DNA from: Candidatus Aramenus sp. CH1 | Lineage (GTDB): Archaea; Thermoproteota; Thermoprotei_A; Sulfolobales; Sulfolobaceae | NCBI GenBank assembly: GCA_022678445.1 | Contig: JALBWU010000008.1 | Coordinates: 13,076 to 77,075 of the forward strand | Direction: 5' to 3' | DNA length: 64,000 nucleotides | In this document: positions 30,650 to 43,700 of the stretch, in pieces | How positions within the stretch are numbered: position 1 is the stretch's first letter | Layout: each line of letters opens with the position of its first letter | The notes under the pieces: generated by a model | The model's database searches: none | The model's input: the letters and a program-made list of their open reading frames with translations, nothing else | Told to the model about the DNA's origin: nothing | Program-made: the position numbers and the translations under genes

Positions 30650-31272
30650 ACCTCCACCACCTTCCTCCTTATCTCGTTCTGGACTTCCCTTGGGTCCTTG
30701 GTGCCGTCCACCACCACGAAGTTATTCTCCTCTTGGGAGACCTTATCGTACACCTCCAGTATCGCTGACTGGTACTTGAGGAAGCCCTCCTCTGGCGTGA
30801 GCCCAGGGAACACGTCTGCCCCAGCCTCAGCCGGCTTAACCTGCCTCCTAGATCTGAGCAACCTCTCAAGGGCGACCTCAGGGGGTACCCTTATGTAAAA
30901 GACTACGTCCGGCCTCCTTGCGAAGCTGTAGAGCTTCTTCACCCACTCCAGGCTAACCCCCCTGACAGTGTCCCTAGCGTAGGCCGTGTAGACGTACCGG
31001 TCGCAGATCACCGCAAAGCCCAGCCTAAGCATTGGGAGGACGTACTTCTCGTACCTGTCGGCGAAGTCAGTGGCGTGGATCAAGCTGAAGGTCAGAGGGG
31101 TAAGCAGGCCCTTCTTCTTGGCCTCCTTTATGATGTCGTGTATCCACTCGGAGGAGTTCCACTCCGTGAGGAAGGTGAACCTCCTCTTGGACATCCAGTC
31201 CCTGAGCAGGGAAGCTTGACTCGACTTCCCCGAACCGTCTATTCCCTCAAAGGCTATCAAGAGTCCCCTCAT
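30631..31272 (-). CDS. Thymidylate-kinase-like protein (PPK3-type subunit)
   Basis: [14 protein letters not shown]-loop, CDRY; ATGA overlap with the ppx stop. Confidence 0.82.
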   Translation of the reverse strand: MRGLLIAFEGIDGSGKSSQASLLRDWMSKRRFTFLTEWNSSEWIHDIIKEAKKKGLLTPLTFSLIHATDFADRYEKYVLPMLRLGFAVICDRYVYTAYARDTVRGVSLEWVKKLYSFARRPDVVFYIRVPPEVALERLLRSRRQVKPAEAGADVFPGLTPEEGFLKYQSAILEVYDKVSQEENNFVVVDGTKDPREVQNEIRRKVVEVWEGGR

Positions 31273-32505
31273 AGGCTACCAGCCACTGACGACTCCACTA
31301 CTTGTTTTATCTCCTTGCCCTTCCTGATTAGGTCTTCCTTGCTCACCAAGTCCTTCAGCACGGACATGTGCTTCTTCTTTAGCTTCCCCTTGGACGCCTT
31401 GCACATCAAGTACACCATTAATGCTTCCTTCGAGGTGAACCCTGGGAGGGTGGAGTACTTGACGAACCTCTGGCACATCTCGTAGGGGTCCAGGAAGCCA
31501 GCAGACTTCATTACGCCAACGATGAAGGCGGTGACCTTCTGGTAGAAGTCGTCGAAGTGGTTGTAGAGGTCCCACGGCGGATCCACGTTGAACCAGTAGG
31601 CAATGGACTCAAGCCACCTCTCCCTCAAGTTGTCCAACTTCTCCTCCACCAGTGCCCCCTCCCTCAGGCCAAAGGCGGAGATCACCAACTTCTCCGCCCC
31701 CAAGGCCTTCATGAGCTCGTCCACAACGACAGAGGCTGTGGAGATGGTGTAGGCCCTATCCTTGCTTATCCCAGGCAGACTTGCCCTCTCCTCCGGGTCG
31801 AGGTTGAAGAGGACGCTCGAGTACTTTGACACCTCCTTACCTTGTAGCTCGTAGCCGTGGGTGGACTTGAGCGGGAAGGCTGAGAGCCTCTAGTCCATCT
31901 TGCCCAGCGCCCTCACGTTCCCCCCCAGCGCCTACGACCACGCCGTTCACCTTTTTAAGGACGGAGAGCTCCGCCCTCACCTTCTTCCTGAGCTCCTTCT
32001 CGTCCTTTACCTCCCTGGAAAGCTTGAGTGCCCCAAGCCTAAAGTGGTAGACCTCTCTGACCTCCCTCGACGAGAAGTACACGACCTCAAGAGATCCCCC
32101 TCCTAGGTCAAACATGACGCCGGAGTCCACTGGCAACGAGTTCACAGTCCCCAGGAAGGAGAGCTTCCCCTCATCCTCACCGCTCAAGACCCTCATCTCC
32201 ACGCCGAGGACGTCCGAGAGCCTCTTTGCGACCTCTGGCCCGTTGGACGCGTAGCGAAAGGCGCTCGTGCCGAGAAGCTTTACCTCTCCCACCCTTTTCT
32301 TCTCTATGACCTTCTTGAACTCCTTGAACAGCTTCTCCGCCTCCTCTACCTTGCCCTCGGGTATCGGGTAGTCCTCCTTGACGTCCTCCCCTAGCCTCAA
32401 GAAGGACTTGGTGGATCCTATTATCCTGAAGGTGTCGTTGGGGAAGACCTGGTAGATGCAGAGCCTCGTCGAGTTGTAACCCGTGTCAATTACGGCTGAT
32501 AGCAT
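31269..32505 (-). pseudogene. ppx: Exopolyphosphatase Ppx/GppA with frameshift and nonsense codon
   Basis: IDTGYNSTR, GTSAFR, EDEG, DLGGGSLE, GLREG motifs; C7 run at 31920-31926 has one extra base; TAG at 31892-31890 lies in the restored frame. Confidence 0.88.
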
Positions 32506-32982
32506 TCACATCAGCTTCAAGATCTTTTGGTTTAACAGCAACTGGAGGACGCCGGAGCCCTTGGCCACGTCGTACTCTACAACCGCTACTGCGCCCTTCT
32601 TGAACTCCACCTCCCCTCCCGTGATCTCCTTGACCAGCTTGGAGAGGAAGGGCTCGTGGCCCACAACAAGCAATGTGGAGTTGTCCATCTCTTTGAGCTT
32701 GCCCACGAAGTCGGAGGGCTCCCTTTCTGGGTCTAGCTCGCTCAAGGTCTCTATCTTCTTGTCCTCCTCACCTAGCTCTTCTAGTATTACCTCGGCTGAC
32801 TGGTAGCCCCTCAATAGCGTGCTGGTCATTACCCTGTCAAACACCACTTCCATCTCCTCCAGGAAGTAGGCGACCCTCCTCATCTGCTTAACCCCCTTCT
32901 TTACGAGCTTTCTATCCTTGTCGTCCACTCCGTCTACCTTTGGCTCCGCGTCTCCGTGCCTTACCAACACAAGCGTTAACAT
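32506..32982 (-). CDS. sixA: Phosphohistidine phosphatase SixA
   Basis: LVRHGDAE, DRKLVKKG, VVGHEP, FKKG motifs. Confidence 0.88.
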   Translation of the reverse strand: MLTLVLVRHGDAEPKVDGVDDKDRKLVKKGVKQMRRVAYFLEEMEVVFDRVMTSTLLRGYQSAEVILEELGEEDKKIETLSELDPEREPSDFVGKLKEMDNSTLLVVGHEPFLSKLVKEITGGEVEFKKGAVAVVEYDVAKGSGVLQLLLNQKILKLM

Positions 32983-33340
32983 AGAAAGTTAGTCTGAACA
33001 TAAAATAATAAGGATTCTCTCCATACTCTATATAGGCACGTGGAGAGGCCAAGCGGTCTTCCAAGAAAAATTTATAATTATATTTGTCAAATTGTTCTCT
33101 TAATTAAGAACTTAGGGGATTTACGAGCGCGATTCCTCAGAACAGTATTTTCTATATATAAAGAAAATTAAAAATGATTTAGTGAGAAGCCATGATAAAA
33201 CATAATTATGTTGATAATCTCAACAAACAGTCGTTTAAAATGATTGTGATATCCCTTCCCTGTTTTACATGAATGTTTAGAACAAATCAACATAGGAATT
33301 CTTAAATAGTAATATCCTTTACCTCATAATTAGAGGCAAA

Positions 33341-33409
33341 ATGGCCAAGAAGCAGAAGAAGGAGCAGTCACAGGGACAGAGCCAGAGCCAGCAGGGCCAG
33401 AAGAAGTAA
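33341..33409 (+). CDS. 22-aa Lys/Gln-rich small protein
   Basis: MAKKQKKEQSQGQSQSQQGQKK; GC-rich coding-like patch in an AT-rich spacer, GAGG at 33333, CTTAAATA at 33301. Confidence 0.55.
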   Translation: MAKKQKKEQSQGQSQSQQGQKK

Positions 33410-33445
33410 CACTCTGCTGGCGTGCTCTCTGAGGATTAAAGTCAA

Positions 33446-33481
33446 TTTGTTTTTTGTAAACTACTTCTTTTAAACTTTTTT
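33446..33481 (+). terminator. Oligo(T) tracts, probable archaeal terminator
   Basis: TTTGTTTTTT and TTTTTT tracts about 35-70 nt after the small ORF stop. Confidence 0.35.
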
Positions 33482-33682
33482 CGGGTGGTTTCCCTTGATA
33501 CCCAGAGAAAGCAGTGACAATTCTATAGGTAGAGTAAAGTAAAACATGTACAGTTACTGCCTTCTAGTCGTCAAAGGTTTAACGCTAATTACGGGGAAAA
33601 CATTAAGAGTGTTTAGAACCGCTCGCGAGTAGGAAAGGGCCTGCCTTAAGGGACAAGGCGTTTAAGGGTTCAGCAAGGCGCG

Positions 33683-34612
33683 TCAAGTCGGGACCAGTAT
33701 CCCCCTCTCGTCCAAAGACTTGAGGAACCAAGCGTTCTCCTCTACCTCCCTTTCGTCGAACCCCAAGTCCTTGTCGTAGTTCTTTGCCTGGGAGCAGTCG
33801 AACCTGGAGCCGTCGTACTTCAACAAGTTCCTTATGTCAGCGGGAAGGTAGGCCTTGGCCAAGGACTTTGGAACGGGGATCTTCACGTATCTCTTCCCAA
33901 GGCCCCTCGCCATGGCCTCGAAGAACCTGTCCACCTTCACCGGCTCGCACTCCGTTGCGTAGAAATAAGTGAACTTGGGCCTCTCCTCTACCACTGCCCT
34001 TATTATCCTCGCCACGGAGTTGGCGCTTATGGAGGAGAAGAGAAAGCCTATGGCGGGAACGAACCCCCTCTTGGCGAACTTGTACATTGTAACGAACTGG
34101 ACGTGAGCCCCGTACTTGCCGTAGATCAGCCCCGGCCTCAGTATGGCAGCGTTGACCCCTGCCTCCCTGATCACCTTCTCCCCCTCGCACTTGGTCCTCT
34201 CGAAGGTCGTAGTAGGAGTGACCCCCTCGCAGTGCTTCTCCTCTGGCTTTACGTTTCCCGTCATGCCCAGCATACCGCTCAAGTGGATCATTACTACCTT
34301 GGGGTTCTCCTTGACTATCGTCTTGGCCACCTTCATGGGTACCTCTACGTTTGCCCTCCTTAAGGCCTCTTCGTCTCCCGAGATCTCCCCGACTAAGTTG
34401 ACCACGGCGTCAGCGTCCCTGACTAGCCCCGATATGTCTTCTGCCAACGGATCGACCTTGACCAGCTTCACCCCCTTCTCCTTGAGTGCGTTCGCGTAGA
34501 CTTCCTTCACTGGGTTCAAGTGCCTATAAGTCACCACCACCTCTCCGTAACTGGAGAGGTACTCAGCCACGTGCGTGGCCACGAACCCTAGACCCAGCAC
34601 CAAGTATTTCAT
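33683..34612 (-). CDS. NAD-dependent epimerase/dehydratase (extended SDR)
   Basis: LVLGLGFVA, VVNLVG, LRPGLIYG. Confidence 0.8.
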   Translation of the reverse strand: MKYLVLGLGFVATHVAEYLSSYGEVVVTYRHLNPVKEVYANALKEKGVKLVKVDPLAEDISGLVRDADAVVNLVGEISGDEEALRRANVEVPMKVAKTIVKENPKVVMIHLSGMLGMTGNVKPEEKHCEGVTPTTTFERTKCEGEKVIREAGVNAAILRPGLIYGKYGAHVQFVTMYKFAKRGFVPAIGFLFSSISANSVARIIRAVVEERPKFTYFYATECEPVKVDRFFEAMARGLGKRYVKIPVPKSLAKAYLPADIRNLLKYDGSRFDCSQAKNYDKDLGFDEREVEENAWFLKSLDERGILVPT

Positions 34613-34662
34613 AATGATGAAATCTGGTGGACGCTTAAAAACACGCGTTAGCTCCCTTTTTT

Positions 34663-35370
34663 ATGGACAAACAGCAAATCAGGGAGTTGGTTTGGAAGAC
34701 ACTGGAGGAGAGGGACATTGCCTCCTTTCCTAGGCCAGTCTACGGCAGAATTCCAAACTTTAAGGGCTCGGAGAGGGCAGCGGAGAACTTGGCTAGGACA
34801 AGGGAGTTCGCTAGGGCGGAGGTGGTTAAGGTGAACCCTGACGCCCCTCAGAGGAAGGTGAGAGAGATAGCCCTGAGGGAGGGGAAGAAAGTGCTGACTC
34901 CCACTCCTAGGCTAAGAGGGGAGTTCTTCCTCCTGGACGGGAGAGGCGTTGATCCCAGGAAGGCCTCCACTATCTCTGGGTTTACCAAATTGGGGAAAAG
35001 AGTGAGCTTCGAAGAAATACCCCACGTAGACCTCGTGGTAGTGGGCTCTGTAGCGGTAACGCTGAAGGGGGACAGAGTGGGGAAAGGGGAGGGGTACAGC
35101 GAACTAGAATACGCAATACTCAGGGAGCTTAGGAAGGTGGACGAGGGGACGCCCATAGCTACTACTGTGCACTCGATCCAGATCGTGGACTACATACCAG
35201 TTGAGCCCTACGACGTGCCCCTAGACTTGATAGCCACTGAGAAGGAGTTGATAAGGGTGGAGCCTAGGCAGAAGCCGAAGGGGCTCTTCTTGGAGTACTT
35301 GACGAAAGAGAAGATAGAGGACACGCCGTACCTAAAGAGGTACCTACAGCTCACCGGGAGGTATCCCTAG
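34663..35370 (+). CDS. 5-formyltetrahydrofolate cyclo-ligase family protein
   Basis: [46 protein letters not shown]. Confidence 0.85.
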   Translation: MDKQQIRELVWKTLEERDIASFPRPVYGRIPNFKGSERAAENLARTREFARAEVVKVNPDAPQRKVREIALREGKKVLTPTPRLRGEFFLLDGRGVDPRKASTISGFTKLGKRVSFEEIPHVDLVVVGSVAVTLKGDRVGKGEGYSELEYAILRELRKVDEGTPIATTVHSIQIVDYIPVEPYDVPLDLIATEKELIRVEPRQKPKGLFLEYLTKEKIEDTPYLKRYLQLTGRYP

Positions 35371-35908
35371 AGATGACTCTGCTGAGCCCGTAGAAGAGGG
35401 AGAGCGACGCAACCGTGAGCAGGAAGCCAAAGACCAAGAAGCTCAACACAGTGAAGCCCAAGATGACGAATCCGACGAGGGCCGCCACCAACACGTACCC
35501 CGACACCTTCAGCTCCCTCAAGTTTAGGAAGCTGGAGAGCCTCAGCACCTCCATTGCGAACTCCAGGAGGTAAGCCAGAACTAGGAGTTCTCCGACGAAC
35601 TCTAAGATCGAGAAGAGACCCCTTGCATTCATGAAGTAGAAGACAAGAAATATTGCCTGCCCCACTACTAGGATAGGGAACACCTTCACTGCCAAGCTGA
35701 AGTTCTCGGCCATCTGGTCGAAGGACTTCCTTGCAAGCACCCCAAAGGCAAGGAGGGATGCGGTAGAAACTACTGCAGAGACGTAGCCCGGCGGGGAGAA
35801 CGCCAGCTCCCCAGTGACCGCAATGGAAAAGGAGTAAACTAGGAGGAAGACTGAGGAGGCCCTAAGCGACGTGTATGGTCTTACGTTAATTTCCCTCTTC
35901 CTTGGCAA
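35351..35908 (-). CDS. Hypothetical membrane protein
   Basis: About six hydrophobic helices; TTG start coupled to the upstream epimerase gene. Confidence 0.65.
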   Translation of the reverse strand: MPRKREINVRPYTSLRASSVFLLVYSFSIAVTGELAFSPPGYVSAVVSTASLLAFGVLARKSFDQMAENFSLAVKVFPILVVGQAIFLVFYFMNARGLFSILEFVGELLVLAYLLEFAMEVLRLSSFLNLRELKVSGYVLVAALVGFVILGFTVLSFLVFGFLLTVASLSLFYGLSRVISRDTSR

Positions 35909-35911
35909 CCC

Positions 35912-36700
35912 TCACACCACCCTCGCTGAGATGACGAAGTTGAAGTCCCTTCTCTCCTTTGACGAGAGGGCTACGAGCCCTAGTCCGTTATGGTAGGCGT
36001 CCGGTGCCCCTGACATGGGCTCTACTGCGACCGCCCCCGGTTGCCCAGTGTACACTTGGACGTAGTTCATGTCGCTCTTCTCTATGGTCACCGTGGAGTA
36101 CTCGGATCTCAGCTCGACCACGTTGTCCTCTATCACAAAAGTATCGTCGTAGTCCCCTTGTACTAGCTTGAACTCTTCCACCTCCCCTGTGGGGATCTTG
36201 TTCTCTGCCTTCAACCTCCTCACCCTGAAGGGGGAGACGGACCACTTCCCCCTCACCAGGAAGTACGGGTGGGCTCCGACCACCAAGGGGGCAGACCTCT
36301 CCCCGACGTTCTCCACTGAGATCGTCACGTCCAAGCTACCGAACACCACGGAGTAGGTAACGCTGACCCTCAGGGTAGTCGGGTAGCCCGGGTGGGAGAG
36401 CAGGGTCTCCAAGACAGCCCTTTCCTGGCCCTTTTCTCTCACCTCGAACACCTTGTCCATTACAAGGCCGTGGATAGCGTGGCCCTCCGAATTCTTAGGT
36501 AAGTAATAGGTTGCCCCCTCCCAAGTGTAGACCCCATCCTTTACCCTATTGGCGTAGGGCACTAGGATCGCCATTCCTCCTCTAGTCTTCCTCTCCTTCC
36601 CTGGGAGGATTACGTCCTTGCCGTTCTTCTTAAGGGAGTAAAGGTAAGCCCCCTCCTCCATGACTTGTGCCCAGAGGGTGCCGTCTGAGATCTCCAACAT
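35912..36700 (-). CDS. Aldose 1-epimerase family protein
   Basis: LVPYANRV, HAIHGLV, GAHPYF, VAVEPMSGAPDAY. Confidence 0.88.
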   Translation of the reverse strand: MLEISDGTLWAQVMEEGAYLYSLKKNGKDVILPGKERKTRGGMAILVPYANRVKDGVYTWEGATYYLPKNSEGHAIHGLVMDKVFEVREKGQERAVLETLLSHPGYPTTLRVSVTYSVVFGSLDVTISVENVGERSAPLVVGAHPYFLVRGKWSVSPFRVRRLKAENKIPTGEVEEFKLVQGDYDDTFVIEDNVVELRSEYSTVTIEKSDMNYVQVYTGQPGAVAVEPMSGAPDAYHNGLGLVALSSKERRDFNFVISARVV

Positions 36701-36774
36701 TTAGTTAACTTTGTTTTCCAACAATTTTAGTCTTTGGACTTCGAAGGGGCCTTCGAAACCATGGCCCCAGCTGG

Positions 36775-37377
36775 TTACGGTCTCTCTCCAGACACCAGGA
36801 AGACGGGGTTTCTCGACAGCATCATAGTGCCCTCCCTGATCTTCTTGCCCTTTGCCACTATGAGCTCTACCACCTCTACGTTGATGAAGCCCACCTCTTC
36901 CATGGAGGAGATGGCCTTAGAGGTGGTCTCCAGTAATACCGCTGAGACCACTACCCTGCCTTCTGGCCTTAACGCGTCAAAGAGGGCCTTGAGAGTTCCC
37001 TCAAGTCCCCTCGTTCCTCCCACGAACGCCCTGTCTACCTTTCCTACCCTCTGCACGACGTGTTGGAGGATTTGTGGGGACTCTCCCAAGACCACCTCTA
37101 CGTTCTTCAAGTTGAACCTCTCTACGTTCCTCTTAGTGAGCTCCACTGCCTTCTTGTCGGAGTCGACAGAGACCACCTTGCCCCTCTCCCCAACCAAGAG
37201 AGACGCCTCCACACTTACGCTACCAGAACCGCTCCCCACGTCTAGGAAGACGTCCCCCTCCCTCACCCTCAGCTTCGATAAGGCCACTGCCCTTACCTCC
37301 TCCTTTGTCATAGGGATGTACTCTTCCCTCTCAAACATATCATCTGGTATCCCTGGAACCTTGTACTCCCACATCAC
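36775..37377 (-). CDS. cbiT: Precorrin-6B C15-methyltransferase CbiT
   Basis: IPDDMF..PMTKEEVRAVALSKL, DVGSGSGSVS, SRNPV. Confidence 0.88.
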   Translation of the reverse strand: MMWEYKVPGIPDDMFEREEYIPMTKEEVRAVALSKLRVREGDVFLDVGSGSGSVSVEASLLVGERGKVVSVDSDKKAVELTKRNVERFNLKNVEVVLGESPQILQHVVQRVGKVDRAFVGGTRGLEGTLKALFDALRPEGRVVVSAVLLETTSKAISSMEEVGFINVEVVELIVAKGKKIREGTMMLSRNPVFLVSGERP

Positions 37378-37826
37378 CTTGTCCCCCTCTTCTTGGGCTT
37401 CAGCAAGAAGTTGATAGCAGTGGAGAAGGCGCCCCCGCCCAACACAATGAGGCCAAGGACGAACCCGTACTCAAAGTCTACTCTCCTTCCCTGGACGTAC
37501 TGTAGAGCGTAATGCACCAAAGTGCTCGCGTTGTTCGGGTTGAACACCGTTAGCTCACCGGGACTTGTGGAGAAGAAACAGACCTCGTATATCAAACTGT
37601 TGTTTGCCAACGTTGCTGAGCTGGAGTACCCTGACACAACCACGGGCAGGGTGAAGTTGTACGTGAACACGACCTCCGAGTTCCCAGGATAAGAGACGTG
37701 GAAGTACGAGTGAGGAGGGATGGAGACTGAGGACGTAGAGGTGATTGCTTTGTATCCGTGGTAGGTCAAGGCTACTGCTATTGCCCCTAAGATCATTAGG
37801 GCTAATCCCAGAACTAAGAGCTTCAT
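37374..37826 (-). CDS. Hypothetical membrane protein with N- and C-terminal TM helices
   Basis: Hydrophobic termini flanking a small Ser/Tyr/Asn-rich domain. Confidence 0.65.
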   Translation of the reverse strand: MKLLVLGLALMILGAIAVALTYHGYKAITSTSSVSIPPHSYFHVSYPGNSEVVFTYNFTLPVVVSGYSSSATLANNSLIYEVCFFSTSPGELTVFNPNNASTLVHYALQYVQGRRVDFEYGFVLGLIVLGGGAFSTAINFLLKPKKRGTR

Positions 37827-37857
37827 AGGGTCCTATATTTCCCAAAGGTAAAAAACT

Positions 37858-40651
<2,794 letters not shown>

Positions 40652-40730
40652 AACTGAAGTATTAGCCTTCATCTAATTTAAACAATGATTTCATAAAAGG
40701 AACTAAAAAAGGCGTTAACCGAGTTACGGC

Positions 40731-43700
40731 TCACTTCCCGGGCTTCTTCCTGGAAAGCGCTACAGTAGCTCCAGCCACTACTGCAACTACTACGCCCACT
40801 GAGCCTAAGAACGCGTAGTTTGGCGACTCTACCAGTTGTTCGTGTATTGGACCATTGACCACTAACGTCGCCCCCACTGAGACGTTATCCGTCCCCGTGA
40901 ACTTGCCCACCTCGTATATGGGGACGTTGGCGTTCAGGGCCACAGTGGACCCTTGGTCGTACCAAGAGGAGACGTCGTTAACTGTAACCAGGAACTGCTT
41001 AACCGCGGTGACGTCCACAGAAGAGGAGGAGTTGACCTTGAGCGTCGAAGGCGAGATAGAGGTCGGCACGTACCTCTCCTGGGGGCTCACGTAGTAGGTC
41101 AAGTTCTCCACTTGGATCTCCGTTCCCGCGTCGTACCACCCCGTCTTCAGCGTGGTGTTCGTCCCGTTGACTAGTGCGTACACGGGGATTGGGGAGTTCA
41201 CAGTGACGTAGTACTGCTTGATCGAGCTGACGACTAAGTTCACAGATTCCTCCAATGTGATCTTCTCCGAGGGCATGACGCTCACTACCACGTACCTAGT
41301 GCCCTGTGAGGGGTAGTAGGTCAAGTTCTCCACCACAATGGTAGTGCCCTTGTTGTACCACCCTGCCTTAAAGGTAGTGTTAGTCCCGTTGACCAAGGCA
41401 TATACTTGGACCTCCGTGATCAAGTTGATGTAGTACTGGGGCACCACGCTCACCGTGACTGCTTCGGGCGACGTCACAGTAAAGGACTGAGGAGATATGC
41501 TCACTATCACCTCCCTGGCACCAGCGTAGGGGTAGTAAGTTATGTTCTCCACCTTCACTGCGTCCCCGGCGTTGTACCATCCAGTGACAAGGGTAACGTT
41601 TGTCCCGTTGACTAGTGCGTACACGGGGATTGGGGAGTTCACAGTGACGTAGTACTGCATTACCGCGTAGACCTCTAAGATGAGGGGCGATGCTACAGTC
41701 ACTTTCTCTGAAGGGGACACTGAGGCAATGACGTATCTCTCCACTGGGCTGGCGTAGTAGGTGAGGTTCTCCACGTCAATGGTAGTCCCTATTATGTACC
41801 ACCCCGTCTTCAGCGTGGTGTTCGTCCCGTTGACTAGTGCGTACACGGGGATTGGGGAGTTCACAGTGACGTTGAACTCGTAGTTGTAGAATACTGAGAT
41901 AGTCCCTGGAGAGGAGACCACACCCTCGTAGTTGTAAGCCACCCACCTACCTTGGGAGTTGGAGCCCGGCAGGGTCTGGCTGTAGGCGTAGGTGGAATTG
42001 CAGTCCACCCATACCGTCGCTGGGGCAGTCGCTCCCGCCTCCATGCCGAAGTACGTGTATATCACGCTGGGATCCCCATAGCCCTGTCCGCCCTGCACCT
42101 CAAACTCGAAGGTGACCAGGTACTGCTCGTAGTAAACCACGTTTATTGATCCGCTCACGTTCACAACGCCCTCAACAGCTGTGGGAGTAGCCCACCTTAT
42201 CCCCTGGGAGATGCCCACTATCTGTTGCACGGAGTAGGTAGTGCCAACTGGCACCACCAAGGAGATGGGCATTGGGTAGGATGCTATCGTCCCATTGGGG
42301 AACTGCAGTGTCACAGTAGGAGAGGTGGGCAGAGGCTGGCCTATTACCTCGTACGCCAACGTCACCTGGGCTGTTGGCTGACTCACTAGCACCTCGACGG
42401 TCCTCTCCACGTAGAACCCTGGGAACAGTGTAGCTACCACTGTTAGGTCGTAGGTGCCGGGCCCGGGCGCTGTCACGTCCAGGTACTCCGTGGCCTCGCC
42501 ATTTACTGTCACTTGACCCGGTAAGGTGTAGGTAACACCGTTGGGAGTGACGACGGAGAGGGTAACTGTGCCATAGGCGTACACTGTTATGGGGATGGAG
42601 AAGGTAAATGTAATCTCAGTGACGGCTCCTGGAACGCTGAGTGAGAACTGGGTTACAGGAGTGGACGTGACTTCACCTCCGTATAGGGCAACGTTGGCCT
42701 CGCCTATTAGCTGACCTTGGGCACTGTACACCAGAACAGCGTAGTCCATTGGAAAGAGGGTTAAGGTAGCTGAGCCCCCAGTAAAAGGTATGCCCTGGCC
42801 CTCGTAGTTTGGGGAGTACTGGTAAGTGTCGTTGTACACCACCACGTAACCGCTCTGCACACCTGTCTCTACCGTTAGCGTTGAAACTTGGTTGGAGGTC
42901 CATAAGCTTCCAAGGGTTCCGGAGCCGGCAGTGACCCCGGCCACAAGCTCCCCGGAAAACGGGTAGTAGTAGGAAGTGTCCACTGCGTCGCTCACTGTCT
43001 CCCCTGTGTCGGAGCCGAAGTTGTAGGCGTTCTCTATCCCTTGGAAATTGTGGCCGTTCCAGTAGGATAGGGAGAAGAACACTTGGGACGAGTTGAGGTA
43101 GGCGGTAGAGCCTCCACCTGGTCCTCCCATTACGAGTTCTGCGTCGTAGAAGTGCCCGTTCCCCGTGTACTGGTAGCCGTCTACCATAAAGTAGACGTTG
43201 CTGGCCAACTGTACGTTGGTTACGGTCACGGTGTCGTAGTTAATCCACCCATAGCCGTCGTTGTACCAGAAGTAGATGACAGGCTGACCCAAGGAGTTGA
43301 CGCTAACGTTAACCAGCAAGTAGATTGAAGCTGGAAGGCTTAGTGGAACGTAGTTCCCAGGAAGGAGTCCAGGCTGGTAGACGTAAACTTCAGTCCCCTC
43401 AAAGGTCTGGATTTCCCCGTTACCCACTACACTGGTAACGTTAGCGTTTACACTGGTGAAGTTCCACACGTTGTCCAGGAACCAGACTGTGTAGTTGTAG
43501 CTGTCGTAGATCGCCACGTCCTGGATCCAGAGGGCGTAGGTGTTATCCGCGTACTGGTAGTTGAGGACTACGTTGAGCTGGAAGCTAACGCAGGGGGTAG
43601 CGAAGCTGGAGAAGGCCTTGAGCTGGTCAATTGTCACCTCACCCATGAACTGACTCGTCGTCCTTATGAAGGGACCGTTGGGACCTATGCCGTAGTCAGC

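Noticed and set aside
29997-31272. Calling the two kinase genes ordinary tandem thymidylate kinases
   Set aside because: Coupling to ppx, CHAD and sixA and divergent motifs point to polyphosphate metabolism
34613-34640. ATGATGA resembling a C box of a C/D sRNA
   Set aside because: No properly spaced CTGA D box follows, and the site is a divergent promoter
41133-41872. Repeats as a possible CRISPR array
   Set aside because: They are 57-77 bp, in frame within a protein-coding gene, spaced by hundreds of bp, and no cas genes are present
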